This document shows, one piece after another, positions 11,832 to 22,096 of a DNA stretch of 64,000 bases. Source of the DNA: Alphaproteobacteria bacterium (GTDB lineage Bacteria; Pseudomonadota; Alphaproteobacteria; UBA828); contig CAXXVO010000007.1 in the NCBI GenBank assembly GCA_963422645.2, positions 320,001 to 384,000 on the forward strand, read 5' to 3'. The notes beneath the pieces were generated by a model. The model did no database searches. It had not been told where the DNA came from and saw only the letters and a program-made list of their open reading frames with translations. The translations under genes were made by a program, and so were the position numbers. The stretch's first letter is position 1, and each line of letters opens with the position of its first letter.

Positions 11832-13682
11832 ATGAACGACTCATCGCCTGCCGCATCCGCCGCCCTATCGACCGCCGCTGCGGCTGAGACCGAGGAGCAC
11901 CTGAGCGCCCTCAATCTCGCGGTCATGGCCAACCGCATGGACGCGATCTGCCGTGAAATGACCAACACCGTGCTGCACAGCGCGCGCTCGGCCGTTATCG
12001 GCATCGCGCGGGATTTTTCCTGTGCCATCATCACCTCGAACCACGAGGTGCTCGCCATCGCCGAGGCCATGCCCATCCACGTCTTCGGCATGAACATCCA
12101 GACCGCCATCATGAGCGAGAGGCACCCGGACTTCCGCGAGGGCGACGCCTTTCTCGACAACGACCCCTACGGCGGCAACAGCCACGCGGCCGATCACACG
12201 ATCCTGGTGCCGGTGTTCCACGAGGGCGAGCATTTCTTCACGGTCGGCATCAAGGCCCACCAGGCGGACGTGGGCAACAGCCAGCCGACCACCTACTTCG
12301 CTGCGGCCACGGACGTCTATCACGAAGGCGCGCTGATCTTCCCCTGCGTCCAGGTGCAGAGCGACTATCGCGACATCGACGACATCGTCCGCATGTGCCG
12401 GCGCCGCATCCGGGTGCCCGACCAGTGGTTCGGCGATTACCTCGCCGCCATCGGGGCCGCGCGGATCGGCGAGCGACGGCTCAAGGAGTTCATCGACAAG
12501 TACGGCGCCAAGGCGGTGCGCGCCTTCATCCACGAATGGCTCGACTATTCCGAGCGGCGCGCACGCGAGGCGATCAGGGCGCTGCCCAGCGGGCGGTTGG
12601 AGAACGAGGGCTGTCACGATCCGATCCAGCCCTTCCTGCCCGACGGCATCCCGGTCAAGGTAACCATCGATATCGACGGTGAGGCCGGCTTCATCACGGT
12701 CGATCTGCGCGACAACCCGGATTGCGTGGACGCCGGCATGAACCTCACCCGCGTCACCTCGACCATGGCGGCGGCCCAGGCGGTCTTCGCCTGCCTGGAC
12801 TCGGACATCCCGCACAACGCGGGCAGCTTCCGCCGGCTCGACGTGCTGCTCAGGGAGAACTGCGTTGTCGGCATTCCACGCTTCCCACACAGCTGCTCGG
12901 TCGCCACCACCAACATGACCGATATGATCATCAACCTGATCCAGTCGGCCTTCGCCGCCCTTGGCGACGGCTACGGCTTCAGCCAAGGCAACTTCTGCAA
13001 CGGCGCGGGCACCGGCGTCTGCTCGGGCAAGGACTGGCGGCGGGACGGCGCACCCTACGTCAACCAGATGTTCATGTCGGCCGGCGGCATGGCGGCCTCG
13101 GCCGAGACCGACGGCATGCACGGCCTGGTCAACCCGGTGAGCGTGGGCCTCGTCTACCGCGACAGCATCGAGGTGAACGAGCAACGTTTTCCGTTCCAGG
13201 TCGACAGCGTGCGCGCGCTGGTGGATTCATGCGGCGCCGGCCGCCGGCGCGGCGGTCCCGCGTCGGAGGTGATCTTCGGGCCGCGCCACGACCCGATGCT
13301 GGTCATCAACATCTGCAATGGGCTCACCATCCTGCCCCAGGGCGTGCGCGGCGGCCTGCCCTCGCAGGCGGGCTATCAGGCGAAGATCGCGGCCGACGGT
13401 TCGCTCGAAGTCTATGAGACCGACGCCTACTGCCACCTGGAGGCGGGCTCCAAGCTGCACGCCATCGACAATGGCGGCGGCGGTTACGGCGATCCGCTGG
13501 AGCGCGAGCCCGAGCGGGTGCTCGACGACGTGAACGAACGCTACGTCTCCCGCTCCGAGGCGGAGGCGCTCTACGGCGTGGTGATCGTGGGCTCGGAGGC
13601 GGATGACAACCTCGCCGTCGATGCCGCAGCCACCGAGGCGCTCCGCCGCGCGAGGCAGGAAACCTCTGTGCAAGCAGGTTAG
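11832..13682 (+). CDS. Hydantoinase B/oxoprolinase family protein
   Basis: RDFSCAI, NDPYGGNSHAAD, AHQADVG and GGGGYGDPLER motifs. Confidence 0.93.
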   Translation: MNDSSPAASAALSTAAAAETEEHLSALNLAVMANRMDAICREMTNTVLHSARSAVIGIARDFSCAIITSNHEVLAIAEAMPIHVFGMNIQTAIMSERHPDFREGDAFLDNDPYGGNSHAADHTILVPVFHEGEHFFTVGIKAHQADVGNSQPTTYFAAATDVYHEGALIFPCVQVQSDYRDIDDIVRMCRRRIRVPDQWFGDYLAAIGAARIGERRLKEFIDKYGAKAVRAFIHEWLDYSERRAREAIRALPSGRLENEGCHDPIQPFLPDGIPVKVTIDIDGEAGFITVDLRDNPDCVDAGMNLTRVTSTMAAAQAVFACLDSDIPHNAGSFRRLDVLLRENCVVGIPRFPHSCSVATTNMTDMIINLIQSAFAALGDGYGFSQGNFCNGAGTGVCSGKDWRRDGAPYVNQMFMSAGGMAASAETDGMHGLVNPVSVGLVYRDSIEVNEQRFPFQVDSVRALVDSCGAGRRRGGPASEVIFGPRHDPMLVINICNGLTILPQGVRGGLPSQAGYQAKIAADGSLEVYETDAYCHLEAGSKLHAIDNGGGGYGDPLEREPERVLDDVNERYVSRSEAEALYGVVIVGSEADDNLAVDAAATEALRRARQETSVQAG

Positions 13683-13795
13683 AGCGAGTCCGTCTTCGAC
13701 GGACACGTGACAGGCCGCGACCGCGGCCCGCCGCTCCTGCGGCGCCCTCGCGGAGGCGCCGGCCGGAGGCCGGCTGCCGTGAGCGAAAAAAGGTC

Positions 13796-15022
13796 TTAAG
13801 CAGCGAGCGCCCGCTGTCGCCGCGCCAGGAAGACCACGATCGCGGCGTTCAATACGTTGAAGGCGACCGCGTTGATGAATGACGCGGTGTAGGAGCCCGT
13901 CAGGTCATAGAGCGCGCCGGCCATCCAGCCGCCGAGCGCCATGCCGGCGAAGGTGAAGAGCATCGCCCAGCCGACCCGCCGGCCCGCCTCGTGCGCGGGG
14001 AAATACGTCCTGATGATGATGGTGTAGGACGGCACGATCCCGCCCTGGGAGAGGCCGAAGACGGCCGAGACCACGAAGAGCAGCGTGAGCGTGTCGGCGC
14101 CGAGGAAGGCGACCAGCGCCAGCGCCTGCAGGACCGAGCCGAGCAGCAGCGTGCGCAGCCCGCCGATCCGGTCCGAGATGAAGCCGGAGCCGATCCGGCT
14201 CACGATGCCGGTGCCGAGCATGAGCGAAAGCATCTCGGCGCCGCGCTGGGCGGCGTATCCGAGATCGGTGACGTGGGCGACGATGTGCACCTGGGGCGCC
14301 GCCATGGCGACGCAGCACCCGAGCCCGGCCGCGCAGAGCAGGCATTGAAGCGTGCCGGGGGCGATGCCCAGCGGCCTGCCTGCGCCCGGTGCTGCGCGCG
14401 CCGCCCGCGCCTCGATCAGTGCGGCCGGCTTGCGATAGAGCAGCGCGACGAGCGGCAGCATGGTGACAGCCATGAGGATGGCGATCGCGATGAAGGTCTC
14501 GCGCCAGCCCCGCGCGTCGAGCGAGGCCTGAACGAGCGGCGGCCAGAGCGCGCCGGCAAAATAGGTTCCGGTAATCACAATCGCGACGGCGAGCCCCCTC
14601 CGCCGGGTGAACCAGTGCGAGATATCGGCCGCTATCGGGGCGAAGAGGGCGGAGGTGCCGAGCAATCCGGACAATACCCCGAGCGAGACGCAGAACTGCC
14701 AGAACTCCTCGGCGAAGGCGGCGCCGGCCATGCCGGCGGGGAGGCCCACGCACCCGATCAGGACTGGCACCAGCACGCCGTGGCGGTCGGCGAGACGGCC
14801 CATCACGACGCCGCCGATCCCGCCCGTCACCATGAACATCATGTAGGGGAGCGACGCGACGCCGCGCCCCACGCCGAACTCGAAGGACACGGGCTTGAGG
14901 ACCACGATCACCGCGTACATGGCCGCCCCGCCCATGGTCACAAGGACCAGCGAGGTAATCAGGCGCACCACTGGGTAGATGGAGGGCGCCGAGCCCGGCA
15001 TCGTGTGGTCGGTCTCGCTCAT
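13796..15022 (-). CDS. MFS transporter
   Basis: About 12 TM segments with GRLADRHG and GFISDRIGG MFS loop motifs. The ORF-track N-terminal extension is spurious. Confidence 0.9.
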   Translation of the reverse strand: MSETDHTMPGSAPSIYPVVRLITSLVLVTMGGAAMYAVIVVLKPVSFEFGVGRGVASLPYMMFMVTGGIGGVVMGRLADRHGVLVPVLIGCVGLPAGMAGAAFAEEFWQFCVSLGVLSGLLGTSALFAPIAADISHWFTRRRGLAVAIVITGTYFAGALWPPLVQASLDARGWRETFIAIAILMAVTMLPLVALLYRKPAALIEARAARAAPGAGRPLGIAPGTLQCLLCAAGLGCCVAMAAPQVHIVAHVTDLGYAAQRGAEMLSLMLGTGIVSRIGSGFISDRIGGLRTLLLGSVLQALALVAFLGADTLTLLFVVSAVFGLSQGGIVPSYTIIIRTYFPAHEAGRRVGWAMLFTFAGMALGGWMAGALYDLTGSYTASFINAVAFNVLNAAIVVFLARRQRALAA

Positions 15023-15145
15023 GTATCGTCCACGTGGCGGCCGCCCACGCGCTGGGTGGCGTCGGCCGCGCACGCTACCACGCGCCAAGCGACCGGGCGA
15101 GGCGGCCCGGCGAGCGCGGCGGCCAAAGGGGGGAGTCGACGGGCG

Positions 15146-16333
15146 ATGTTCCTGAAAGCGCTGAAGGCCCGCAACCGGGCGTTCCTCGAAGCAGCGGTTG
15201 CGCTGCACCAGGCGGGCCGGGTGCCGGCCGGCGCCTATCTGCTCGACCTCGACACGATGACCGAGAACGCGCGCCTGATGAGCGCCGAGGCGGCCCGGCT
15301 CGGCCTCGACCTGCTGGCGATGACCAAGCAGATCGGCCGCAACCCGCCGGCCCTCGATGCGCTCAAGGCGGGCGGGGTCGACCGCTTCGTCGCGGTCGAC
15401 ATGGCCTGCGCCCGGCCGATCCACGCCAACGGCCACGGCTTGGCCCACATCGGCCACCTCGGCCAGATCCCGCGCCACGAGGCGGCGGAGGCCGCGGCCA
15501 TGCGCGCCGATTACTGGACCGTCTTCAACGAGGAGAAGGCGGTCGAGGCCGCGCAGGCGGCAGCGGCGCAGGGTCACGAGCAGGCGCTGATCGCGCGCAT
15601 CCAGGCGCCCGGCGACACCTTCTACTCCGGCCACGAGGGGGGCTTCGACGCGAGCGCAGTCGAGGCCGCGGCGGATGCGCTCGATCGCACGCCGGGCGGC
15701 CGCTTCGCCGGGCTCACCACCTTCCCCGCCCTGCTCTTCGACGAAGCCTCAGGCGAGGCGCGGCCGACCCCCAATCTCGCGACCCTGCGCGAGGCCGCGT
15801 CACGGCTCGGCAGGGAGGGACGGCACGACATCGTCATCAACGCGCCGGGCACCACGTCCGCCCGCGTGATGGCAGCGCTGGCGGAGGGCGGCGCGACCCA
15901 GGTAGAGCCCGGCCACGGGCTCACCGGCACCTCGCCGCTCCACGCCCGCTCCGACCTGCCGGAGCGCCCGGCGATGCTCTATCTGAGCGAGGTCTCCCAC
16001 TTCCACCAGGGCCGCGCCTACTGCTTCGGCGGCGGGCTCTACATCGACCCGGTGTTCGAGTCCTACCCGCTCAAGGCGCTGGTGGGCCCGGACCCGGAGG
16101 CGGCGCTCGCGCAGGAGGTCGACGCCGCCACGCCGGACCCGGCGATGATCGACTATTACGGCCAGCTCCTGCCGGAGCCCCACCAGCCCGTCGCGGTGGG
16201 CGATACGGTGATCTTCGGCTTCCGCGCGCAGGCCTTCTTCACCCGCGCCCTCATCGTGCCGGTCGCAGGGATCGGCAGCGGCCGGCCCGAGGCGCAGGGT
16301 GTCTGGACGACTGACGGCCGCCCCGCTTCCTGA
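15146..16333 (+). CDS. YhfX-like PLP-dependent alanine racemase family protein
   Basis: AMTKQIGRNP, HIGHLGQIP, INAPGTTS and VEPGHGLTG motifs. RBS before ATG 15146. Confidence 0.85.
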   Translation: MFLKALKARNRAFLEAAVALHQAGRVPAGAYLLDLDTMTENARLMSAEAARLGLDLLAMTKQIGRNPPALDALKAGGVDRFVAVDMACARPIHANGHGLAHIGHLGQIPRHEAAEAAAMRADYWTVFNEEKAVEAAQAAAAQGHEQALIARIQAPGDTFYSGHEGGFDASAVEAAADALDRTPGGRFAGLTTFPALLFDEASGEARPTPNLATLREAASRLGREGRHDIVINAPGTTSARVMAALAEGGATQVEPGHGLTGTSPLHARSDLPERPAMLYLSEVSHFHQGRAYCFGGGLYIDPVFESYPLKALVGPDPEAALAQEVDAATPDPAMIDYYGQLLPEPHQPVAVGDTVIFGFRAQAFFTRALIVPVAGIGSGRPEAQGVWTTDGRPAS

Positions 16334-16415
16334 CCCGCGGACGCCGCGCGCCAGGCGCTCCCGAACTGGAGCGACAGTCCTCGATCCCATGGGACAAGAA
16401 TCAACATTTTTCTGC

Positions 16416-16470
16416 GGGATTCGCCGGGATAAGTGGGATTAAGTGGGATAAGTGGGATTCCGGGAGGGAT
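16416..16470. repeat. Six GGGAT direct repeats at 9-12-bp spacing
   Basis: GGGAT starts at 16416, 16426, 16435, 16445, 16454 and 16466. The core is (AAGTGGGAT)x3. Confidence 0.75.
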
Positions 16471-16650
16471 ACTCTTGCCCAGGAAGCGCCCGTCATTCCG
16501 ACATCATCTGCCGCGGTCCCTTCGCTCCTCATGACATAATGGTGTCGCACCGCATCTGCGCCGTGCACCGCACCATGGTTGGGGGTCGCGCGAGCCTGAA
16601 AGGTCTCGCGTGTGGAACATTGGGTCGCGCGCGGAAACGAGTCGAGAGGG

Positions 16651-18303
16651 TCAGCCGACGGAGGTTGGCGCGAGGCGGGAGAGCTTGCGGGTCTCGGCGG
16701 TAATGACGTCAACCACCGCCGGTTGGCCCTCGTTCGTGGCGTGGATCGCGCGCTCCAGCGCGGGCCTCAGCGCCGCGGGTTCGGTCACCTTCTCGGCATG
16801 GCAGCCGAGGCTCGCCGCGATGGTCGCGTAGTCGCCCTGCTGCCGGTTCGCCTCGAAGCGCGCCGAGGCCTCGGGGATGTTGCGGTCGTAGCCCGAGAAG
16901 ATCGAATCGTGCTTGATCACGGTGAGGATCGGGATGTCGTTGCGCGACGCGGTCTCCCAGTCCATGCCGGTCATGCCCACCGAGGCGTCGCCCATGACGT
17001 TGACGACCAGCTTGTCGGGGTTCGCGAGCTTCGCGCCCATGGCGAGGCCGAGGGAGAAGCCGAGCTGCGAGGACTGCCCCCAGCCCAGATAGCTGCGCGG
17101 CGGACCCGATTGGTAGAAGACGCTCTGGATATCCCGCGAGGCGCCGGACTCGTGAGTGAGCATCGACGTCTCCGGGTCGAGCAGGGACCAGAGCTCGCGC
17201 ATCATGCGGTAGCCGTTGATGGGCGCCGAATCGTCGGCGAAGAGCGGCTCGTACTCGGCATGCCACTCGCGCTTGATGCGGGCGATGGTGTCGGCGGTCT
17301 CGGCGCGGCGCTCGGCCCGGCCCTCGCCCACGTGGCGCCTCAGCTCGGCGGCGAGCTGCGCGAGGAAGAGCTTGGCGTCGGCCACCATGCCGACGGCCGC
17401 AGGATACTCCTTGTTGATATCAATGGGGTCCACGGTCGCGTGGATAATGGTCTTGCCGTCCGGGATATTTGGCGTGAAGGGCGCGCGCGTCAGGCTGGAG
17501 CCCACGGCGAGCACGCAGTCGCTCGCCTGCAGATAGTGCGCGGCCATGGCCGTGGTCGAGAGCGCGCCGACGCCCGCCGCCAGCGGATGCACCTCAGGAA
17601 TCGCGCTCTTGCCCTGCAGCGTCGTCATCGCCGGCGCGCCGAGCAGCTCGGCGACCTCACGGAGCTCGTCGCTCGCCTCGGCCCAGAGCACGCCCTGGCC
17701 GGCCCAGATCAGCGGTGTCTCGGCTGCGAGCAGGCGCTCGGCTGCCTCCCGCACCGCGCCCTCGTCTGCCGCAGAGCGCATGCGCCGCACCGGCGTGTAC
17801 TCGGGCGCACCATTCACCTCGCCCGCGCACGCATCGCCCAGCAGCTCCAGCATCACCGGCTGCGGCCTCCCTGAGCGGAGCGCGGTGAAGGCCTGGCGCA
17901 GCTTGATCGGCATGTGGTCGGCGGCCAGCACCTTCTGCGCCATTTTCGTGGTGGCGGTGTAATTCGCCTTGCTGTCGAAGGTGGGGGGCTGGTCGACATA
18001 GGACGTGCCGGGATGGCCGGGGAGGAAGAGCACCGGCGACGAATCCGTGTGCGCCTGGGCGACGCTGGCGAACGCGTTCTCCGATCCCGCCAGGGCCTGG
18101 ACCGTGAAGACGCCGATCTCGCGGCCGTTGGTGGAGCGCGAGATACCGTCCGCCATGTTGCCGGCGACCCGCTCCTGCCGTGTGGTGATGACGCGAAGCC
18201 CCGCCCGCGCCATCGCCTCGATGATCGGGGTCATGGGGAAGCAGAGGCACTGGCGGACCCCTTCCGCCTTCAGAATCTTCACCAAGAGATCGGCGCCGGT
18301 CAT
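16651..18303 (-). CDS. Thiamine-diphosphate-dependent enzyme (acetolactate synthase-like family)
   Basis: RQERVAGNMADG N-terminal motif and GDASVGM TPP-binding motif. Confidence 0.9.
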   Translation of the reverse strand: MTGADLLVKILKAEGVRQCLCFPMTPIIEAMARAGLRVITTRQERVAGNMADGISRSTNGREIGVFTVQALAGSENAFASVAQAHTDSSPVLFLPGHPGTSYVDQPPTFDSKANYTATTKMAQKVLAADHMPIKLRQAFTALRSGRPQPVMLELLGDACAGEVNGAPEYTPVRRMRSAADEGAVREAAERLLAAETPLIWAGQGVLWAEASDELREVAELLGAPAMTTLQGKSAIPEVHPLAAGVGALSTTAMAAHYLQASDCVLAVGSSLTRAPFTPNIPDGKTIIHATVDPIDINKEYPAAVGMVADAKLFLAQLAAELRRHVGEGRAERRAETADTIARIKREWHAEYEPLFADDSAPINGYRMMRELWSLLDPETSMLTHESGASRDIQSVFYQSGPPRSYLGWGQSSQLGFSLGLAMGAKLANPDKLVVNVMGDASVGMTGMDWETASRNDIPILTVIKHDSIFSGYDRNIPEASARFEANRQQGDYATIAASLGCHAEKVTEPAALRPALERAIHATNEGQPAVVDVITAETRKLSRLAPTSVG

Positions 18304-18388
18304 GCTGGCCTCCCCACTGTCCACATCGTCGATGTCCACACGCGCCCGTCGCCCCGGCGCGGGGCGCGCAGGCGGCGCTTTCGAACCT

Positions 18389-19258
18389 TCAGAGCGCGGC
18401 GAGCGCCTCGATCGCGTTCCGGTCCGGCGCCGTGCTGCCTGCGGGATCGAGGGGCTGGATGCAGACGTGGCTCGCGCCCGCGTCGAAATGCTCCCTGATC
18501 CGCGCACGCACGGTCTCCGGCTTGCCCCAGGCCACCATGGCATCGAGGAAGCGGTCGCTGCCCCGCTCGCCCAGCTCGTCCTCGCCGAAACCGAGGCTGA
18601 GCCAGTTGTTGCGGTAGTTCGTGAGCGGCATGTAGATCGCAAGCGTCTGTGCCGCGACATTGCGCGCCGTCGATGCCTCGTTGGTGACGCAGACCTTCTG
18701 CTCGACGCAGAGCCAGGCGTCGGGGCCCACGATTTCCCGCGCCCGTGCCGTGTGCTCCGGCGTCACGTTGTAGGGATGCGCGCCGCGCGTCCGTTCCGCT
18801 GCCAGCGCCAGCATCCGGGGCCCGAGAGCCGCAAGCACCACATTCCGCTCCTGAGCAGGGATGGCCACCTCGGCCGCGTCCATCGCATCGAGGTAGGCGC
18901 GCATGGTCGCCACGGGCTTGGCGTAGCTATGCCCGCGGAAGCCCTCCACCAGGGGCACGTGCGAGACGCCGAGCCCGAGCACGAAGCGGTCGCCGTAGAA
19001 GTGGTTGAGGGTATCGTGGCCCGCGATCGCGGCCACCGCGTCCCGCGCATAGATGTTGGCGATGCCACTCGCGGCGCAGAGCCGTTCCGTCTCCGACAGC
19101 ACGAAGGCGGCGAAGCTGAGGCTCTCGAAGCCCGTGCCCTCGGGATACCAGAGCGCGTCGTAGCCCAGGCCTTCGGCCGCCTGCGCAAAGCTCGCGACTT
19201 CGCGCGCCGATGGCGCATCCGGGAATATCCACACGCCCCGTTTGCCCAACTCCTTCAT
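18389..19258 (-). CDS. LLM-class (probably F420-dependent) oxidoreductase
   Basis: GYDALWYPE, SGIANIY, RFVLGLGVSH, AALGPRML and GAHPY motifs. Confidence 0.88.
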   Translation of the reverse strand: MKELGKRGVWIFPDAPSAREVASFAQAAEGLGYDALWYPEGTGFESLSFAAFVLSETERLCAASGIANIYARDAVAAIAGHDTLNHFYGDRFVLGLGVSHVPLVEGFRGHSYAKPVATMRAYLDAMDAAEVAIPAQERNVVLAALGPRMLALAAERTRGAHPYNVTPEHTARAREIVGPDAWLCVEQKVCVTNEASTARNVAAQTLAIYMPLTNYRNNWLSLGFGEDELGERGSDRFLDAMVAWGKPETVRARIREHFDAGASHVCIQPLDPAGSTAPDRNAIEALAAL

Positions 19259-19393
19259 GCCCTGCGTCTCCCCGCCCCTTCGCCAGACCTGAGCGCGGGA
19301 ACGTAGCACGGATTGGGGCCCGATGGCCCGAGCGCCCGGCGGGGGTTATCCTGCCTGCCCAACCCGCCCACGACCGGGAGCAGGAGGCGAGGC

Positions 19394-19762
19394 ATGGCAG
19401 GCGAGACGGCGGCCCACCACGACAGGGACAAGGTCTACCGCGCGCGCTTCGACAAGCAGCTGCGCGCGCATCTCAGGACCCTCATCACGCCAGCGCTCAT
19501 CGAGGAGTACCGCACGCGCCCGCTCGGCCAGCACTCCGACGATCTGGAGCGCGTGCTCAACTACTTCCGTCGCACACCCTTCGAGGGCAAGTACGTGCTC
19601 TTCGAGCTGGAGGCCAACCGCCGGTACAAGATCGTGACCACCACGGCGCGGGAGGGCGGCCTGCCCCAGGAGGTGGACGGGACGATCTACAGCGACAAGA
19701 ACGAGGCGCTCCACGCGGTCTTCCTCAAGCGGGTGGACGCGCTGATGGCGAGCGACAGCTGA
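19394..19762 (+). CDS. dmfA1: N,N-dimethylformamidase small (alpha) subunit-like protein
   Basis: LERVLNYFRRTPFEGKY and EALHAVFLKRV parallel the Paracoccus DmfA1 motifs. Directly upstream of the large subunit. Confidence 0.8.
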   Translation: MAGETAAHHDRDKVYRARFDKQLRAHLRTLITPALIEEYRTRPLGQHSDDLERVLNYFRRTPFEGKYVLFELEANRRYKIVTTTAREGGLPQEVDGTIYSDKNEALHAVFLKRVDALMASDS

Positions 19763-19780
19763 GGTCCGGGGGGAAGAGCG

Positions 19781-22096
19781 ATGGCAGAGATTCACCTAGC
19801 GGGCTATTGCGACCGCTTCAGCGCGCGGCCGGGCGAGCGGCTCGACATCATGGTGAGCGCGGAGGGCACGGACCGGGTCGAGCTCCAGCTGGTGCGCCTG
19901 ATCCACGGCGACGAGAACCCGGAAGGCCCCGGCTTCGTCGAGCGCGAGGTGGAGGCACCAGTGAACGGCACGCATGCCGTGGCCAAGCAACACATTCAAC
20001 TCGGGAGCTTCGTCCGGGTCGCGGATCCGGCGGGCCGGCTTGCCGCGAGCGGCCCCCTCACCCTCTGGGCCTACATTTGGCCCCGAACGCCGGCGGACGG
20101 CCGCCAGGGCATCCTTACCCGCTGGCAGGATTCCGACGGCAGCGGCTACGCCTTCGGCATCGGCGAGAAGGGCGCGCTGGAGTTCCGGATGGGCGACGGC
20201 GCCGGCAACACGGACGCGCTCTCCGCCGACGTCCCGCTCCTCGCGCGCCAGTGGTACTTGGTGGCGGCCTCCTACGATCCCGCGAGCGGTGAGGCCACGC
20301 TCTATCAGGAGCCGATCGAGAACCGCTACAGCAACCACCTCTCCAAGATCGTGCCTCTGCCGCGCTCCTGCCATGCGAGCGCGCGGCTTGCGGTCAAGCC
20401 GGCGGCGGATGCGGACTTCCTGTGGGCCGCCACGGGCGACCGCGAGGCCGGGCGGGGCGCCTTTGCCAGCCAGCTCTACAACGGCAAGATCGACCGTGCG
20501 GGCGTAGCGGGGGCGGTGCTGGGGCGCGATGCGCTCGACCGCGCGCGGGAGGCGGGCGGCGCGCCGGCAACCGACGCCGTCATCGCCGCCTGGGACACCA
20601 CGGCCGGCTACAGCGAGACCGGCATCGGCGATGAGGTGATCGACACAGGGCCCCACGGGCTCCACGGCACGGGCGTCAACCGGCCGGTGCGGGGCATGAC
20701 CGGCTTCAACTGGAACGGCCACGACGACTGCTTCCGCTACGCCCCGGATCAGTTCGGCGGCATCGAGTTCCACGAGGATTCGCTCGCCGACTGCGGCTGG
20801 GAGCCCACCCTTTCCATGGAGGTGCCGGACGTGAAGAGCGGCGTCTACGCCGCGCGGCTAAGGGCGGGCGATGCGGAGGAGCACGTGGTCTTCTTCCTCC
20901 GGCCCAGGGAACCCACCGCCCCCATCGCCATGCTGATGCCGACCTGCAGCTACCTCGCCTACGCCAACGAGCGCATCGGCCTCGACACCGGCATGGCCCA
21001 GGTGCTGAGCAGCCAGGTGACGGTGATCCACGAATGGGACGTGGCGTTGAGGCAGCGGCCGGAATACGGCGCCTCCTGCTACGACAGCCACCGGGACGGC
21101 GCGGGCGTCTGCTACTCCACCCGGCTCCGGCCGATCCTCAACATGCGGCCCAGGCACCGCATGGCGCCCACGGTCGTGCCCTGGCAGTTCCCGGCCGACC
21201 TCTCGATCATCTATTGGCTCGAGACCATGGGCTTCGACTACGACGTGATCACCGACGAGGACCTGCACCAGGAGGGCCTGGCCTGCCTCGAGCCCTACAA
21301 CGTCGTCATCAACGCGACGCATGCCGAGTACTATTCCGAGCGCATGATGGACGCGACCGAGGACTATCTCGCGTCCGGCGGCCGGCTCATGTACCTCTCG
21401 GGCAACGGCTATTACTGGGTGGTCTCCTTCCGCGCGGGCGACATGGACGTGATGGAGGTGCGCCGGCTCGACATGGGCACGCGGGCCTGGAACGCCGAGC
21501 CCGGCGAACACTACATGGTGAGCAACGGGGAGCGCGGCGGCCTCTGGCGCGGGCGCGGGCGGGCGCCCCAGAAGCTCCTCGGCACCGGGTTTACCTCCGA
21601 GGGCATGGACGAATCCAAGCCCTACCGCAAGATGCCGGATGCCGAGAACCCCGCCGCGGCCTGGATCTTCGATGGCGTCGACGGCGACATCATCGGCGAC
21701 CAGGGCCTTGCCGTGGGCGGCGCCGCCGGCATCGAGTTCGACCGCTACGACCTGGCGCTGGGCACCCCGCCGCACACGCTGATCCTCGCCTCATCCGAGG
21801 GCCATTCGGACAACTTCCCCCTGGTGGTGGAGGACATCCTCTGCAACTACCCCGGCATGGGCGGCACTCAGGACCACCGCATCCGCGCGGACATGACCTA
21901 CTTTACAACGCCAAACGAGGGCGCGGTGTGGTCCGCCAGCTCCATCGCCTGGGGCCAGGCCCTCCCCATCAACGCCTGCGACAACAGCGCGTCGAAGGTG
22001 ACAGCCAACGTGCTCAACGCGTTCATGCGAGAGGGGCCACTGCCGGGGGGTGGGGGAAGACCTAAGGGTAGCGGGAAAGGAGTGACGAACGAATAA
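19781..22096 (+). CDS. dmfA2: N,N-dimethylformamidase large (beta) subunit-like protein
   Basis: GYCDR N-terminus, LamG-like domain, SYLAYANE, CYDSH, HAEYYS and YLSGNGYYW. The Tyr/Tyr/Glu iron-site motifs appear retained. Confidence 0.88.
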   Translation: MAEIHLAGYCDRFSARPGERLDIMVSAEGTDRVELQLVRLIHGDENPEGPGFVEREVEAPVNGTHAVAKQHIQLGSFVRVADPAGRLAASGPLTLWAYIWPRTPADGRQGILTRWQDSDGSGYAFGIGEKGALEFRMGDGAGNTDALSADVPLLARQWYLVAASYDPASGEATLYQEPIENRYSNHLSKIVPLPRSCHASARLAVKPAADADFLWAATGDREAGRGAFASQLYNGKIDRAGVAGAVLGRDALDRAREAGGAPATDAVIAAWDTTAGYSETGIGDEVIDTGPHGLHGTGVNRPVRGMTGFNWNGHDDCFRYAPDQFGGIEFHEDSLADCGWEPTLSMEVPDVKSGVYAARLRAGDAEEHVVFFLRPREPTAPIAMLMPTCSYLAYANERIGLDTGMAQVLSSQVTVIHEWDVALRQRPEYGASCYDSHRDGAGVCYSTRLRPILNMRPRHRMAPTVVPWQFPADLSIIYWLETMGFDYDVITDEDLHQEGLACLEPYNVVINATHAEYYSERMMDATEDYLASGGRLMYLSGNGYYWVVSFRAGDMDVMEVRRLDMGTRAWNAEPGEHYMVSNGERGGLWRGRGRAPQKLLGTGFTSEGMDESKPYRKMPDAENPAAAWIFDGVDGDIIGDQGLAVGGAAGIEFDRYDLALGTPPHTLILASSEGHSDNFPLVVEDILCNYPGMGGTQDHRIRADMTYFTTPNEGAVWSASSIAWGQALPINACDNSASKVTANVLNAFMREGPLPGGGGRPKGSGKGVTNE

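Noticed and set aside
13991-15634. N-terminal extensions of the 780-aa (+) and 612-aa (-) ORFs
   Set aside because: They are antisense shadows of each other's genes. The real starts are 15146 and 15022.
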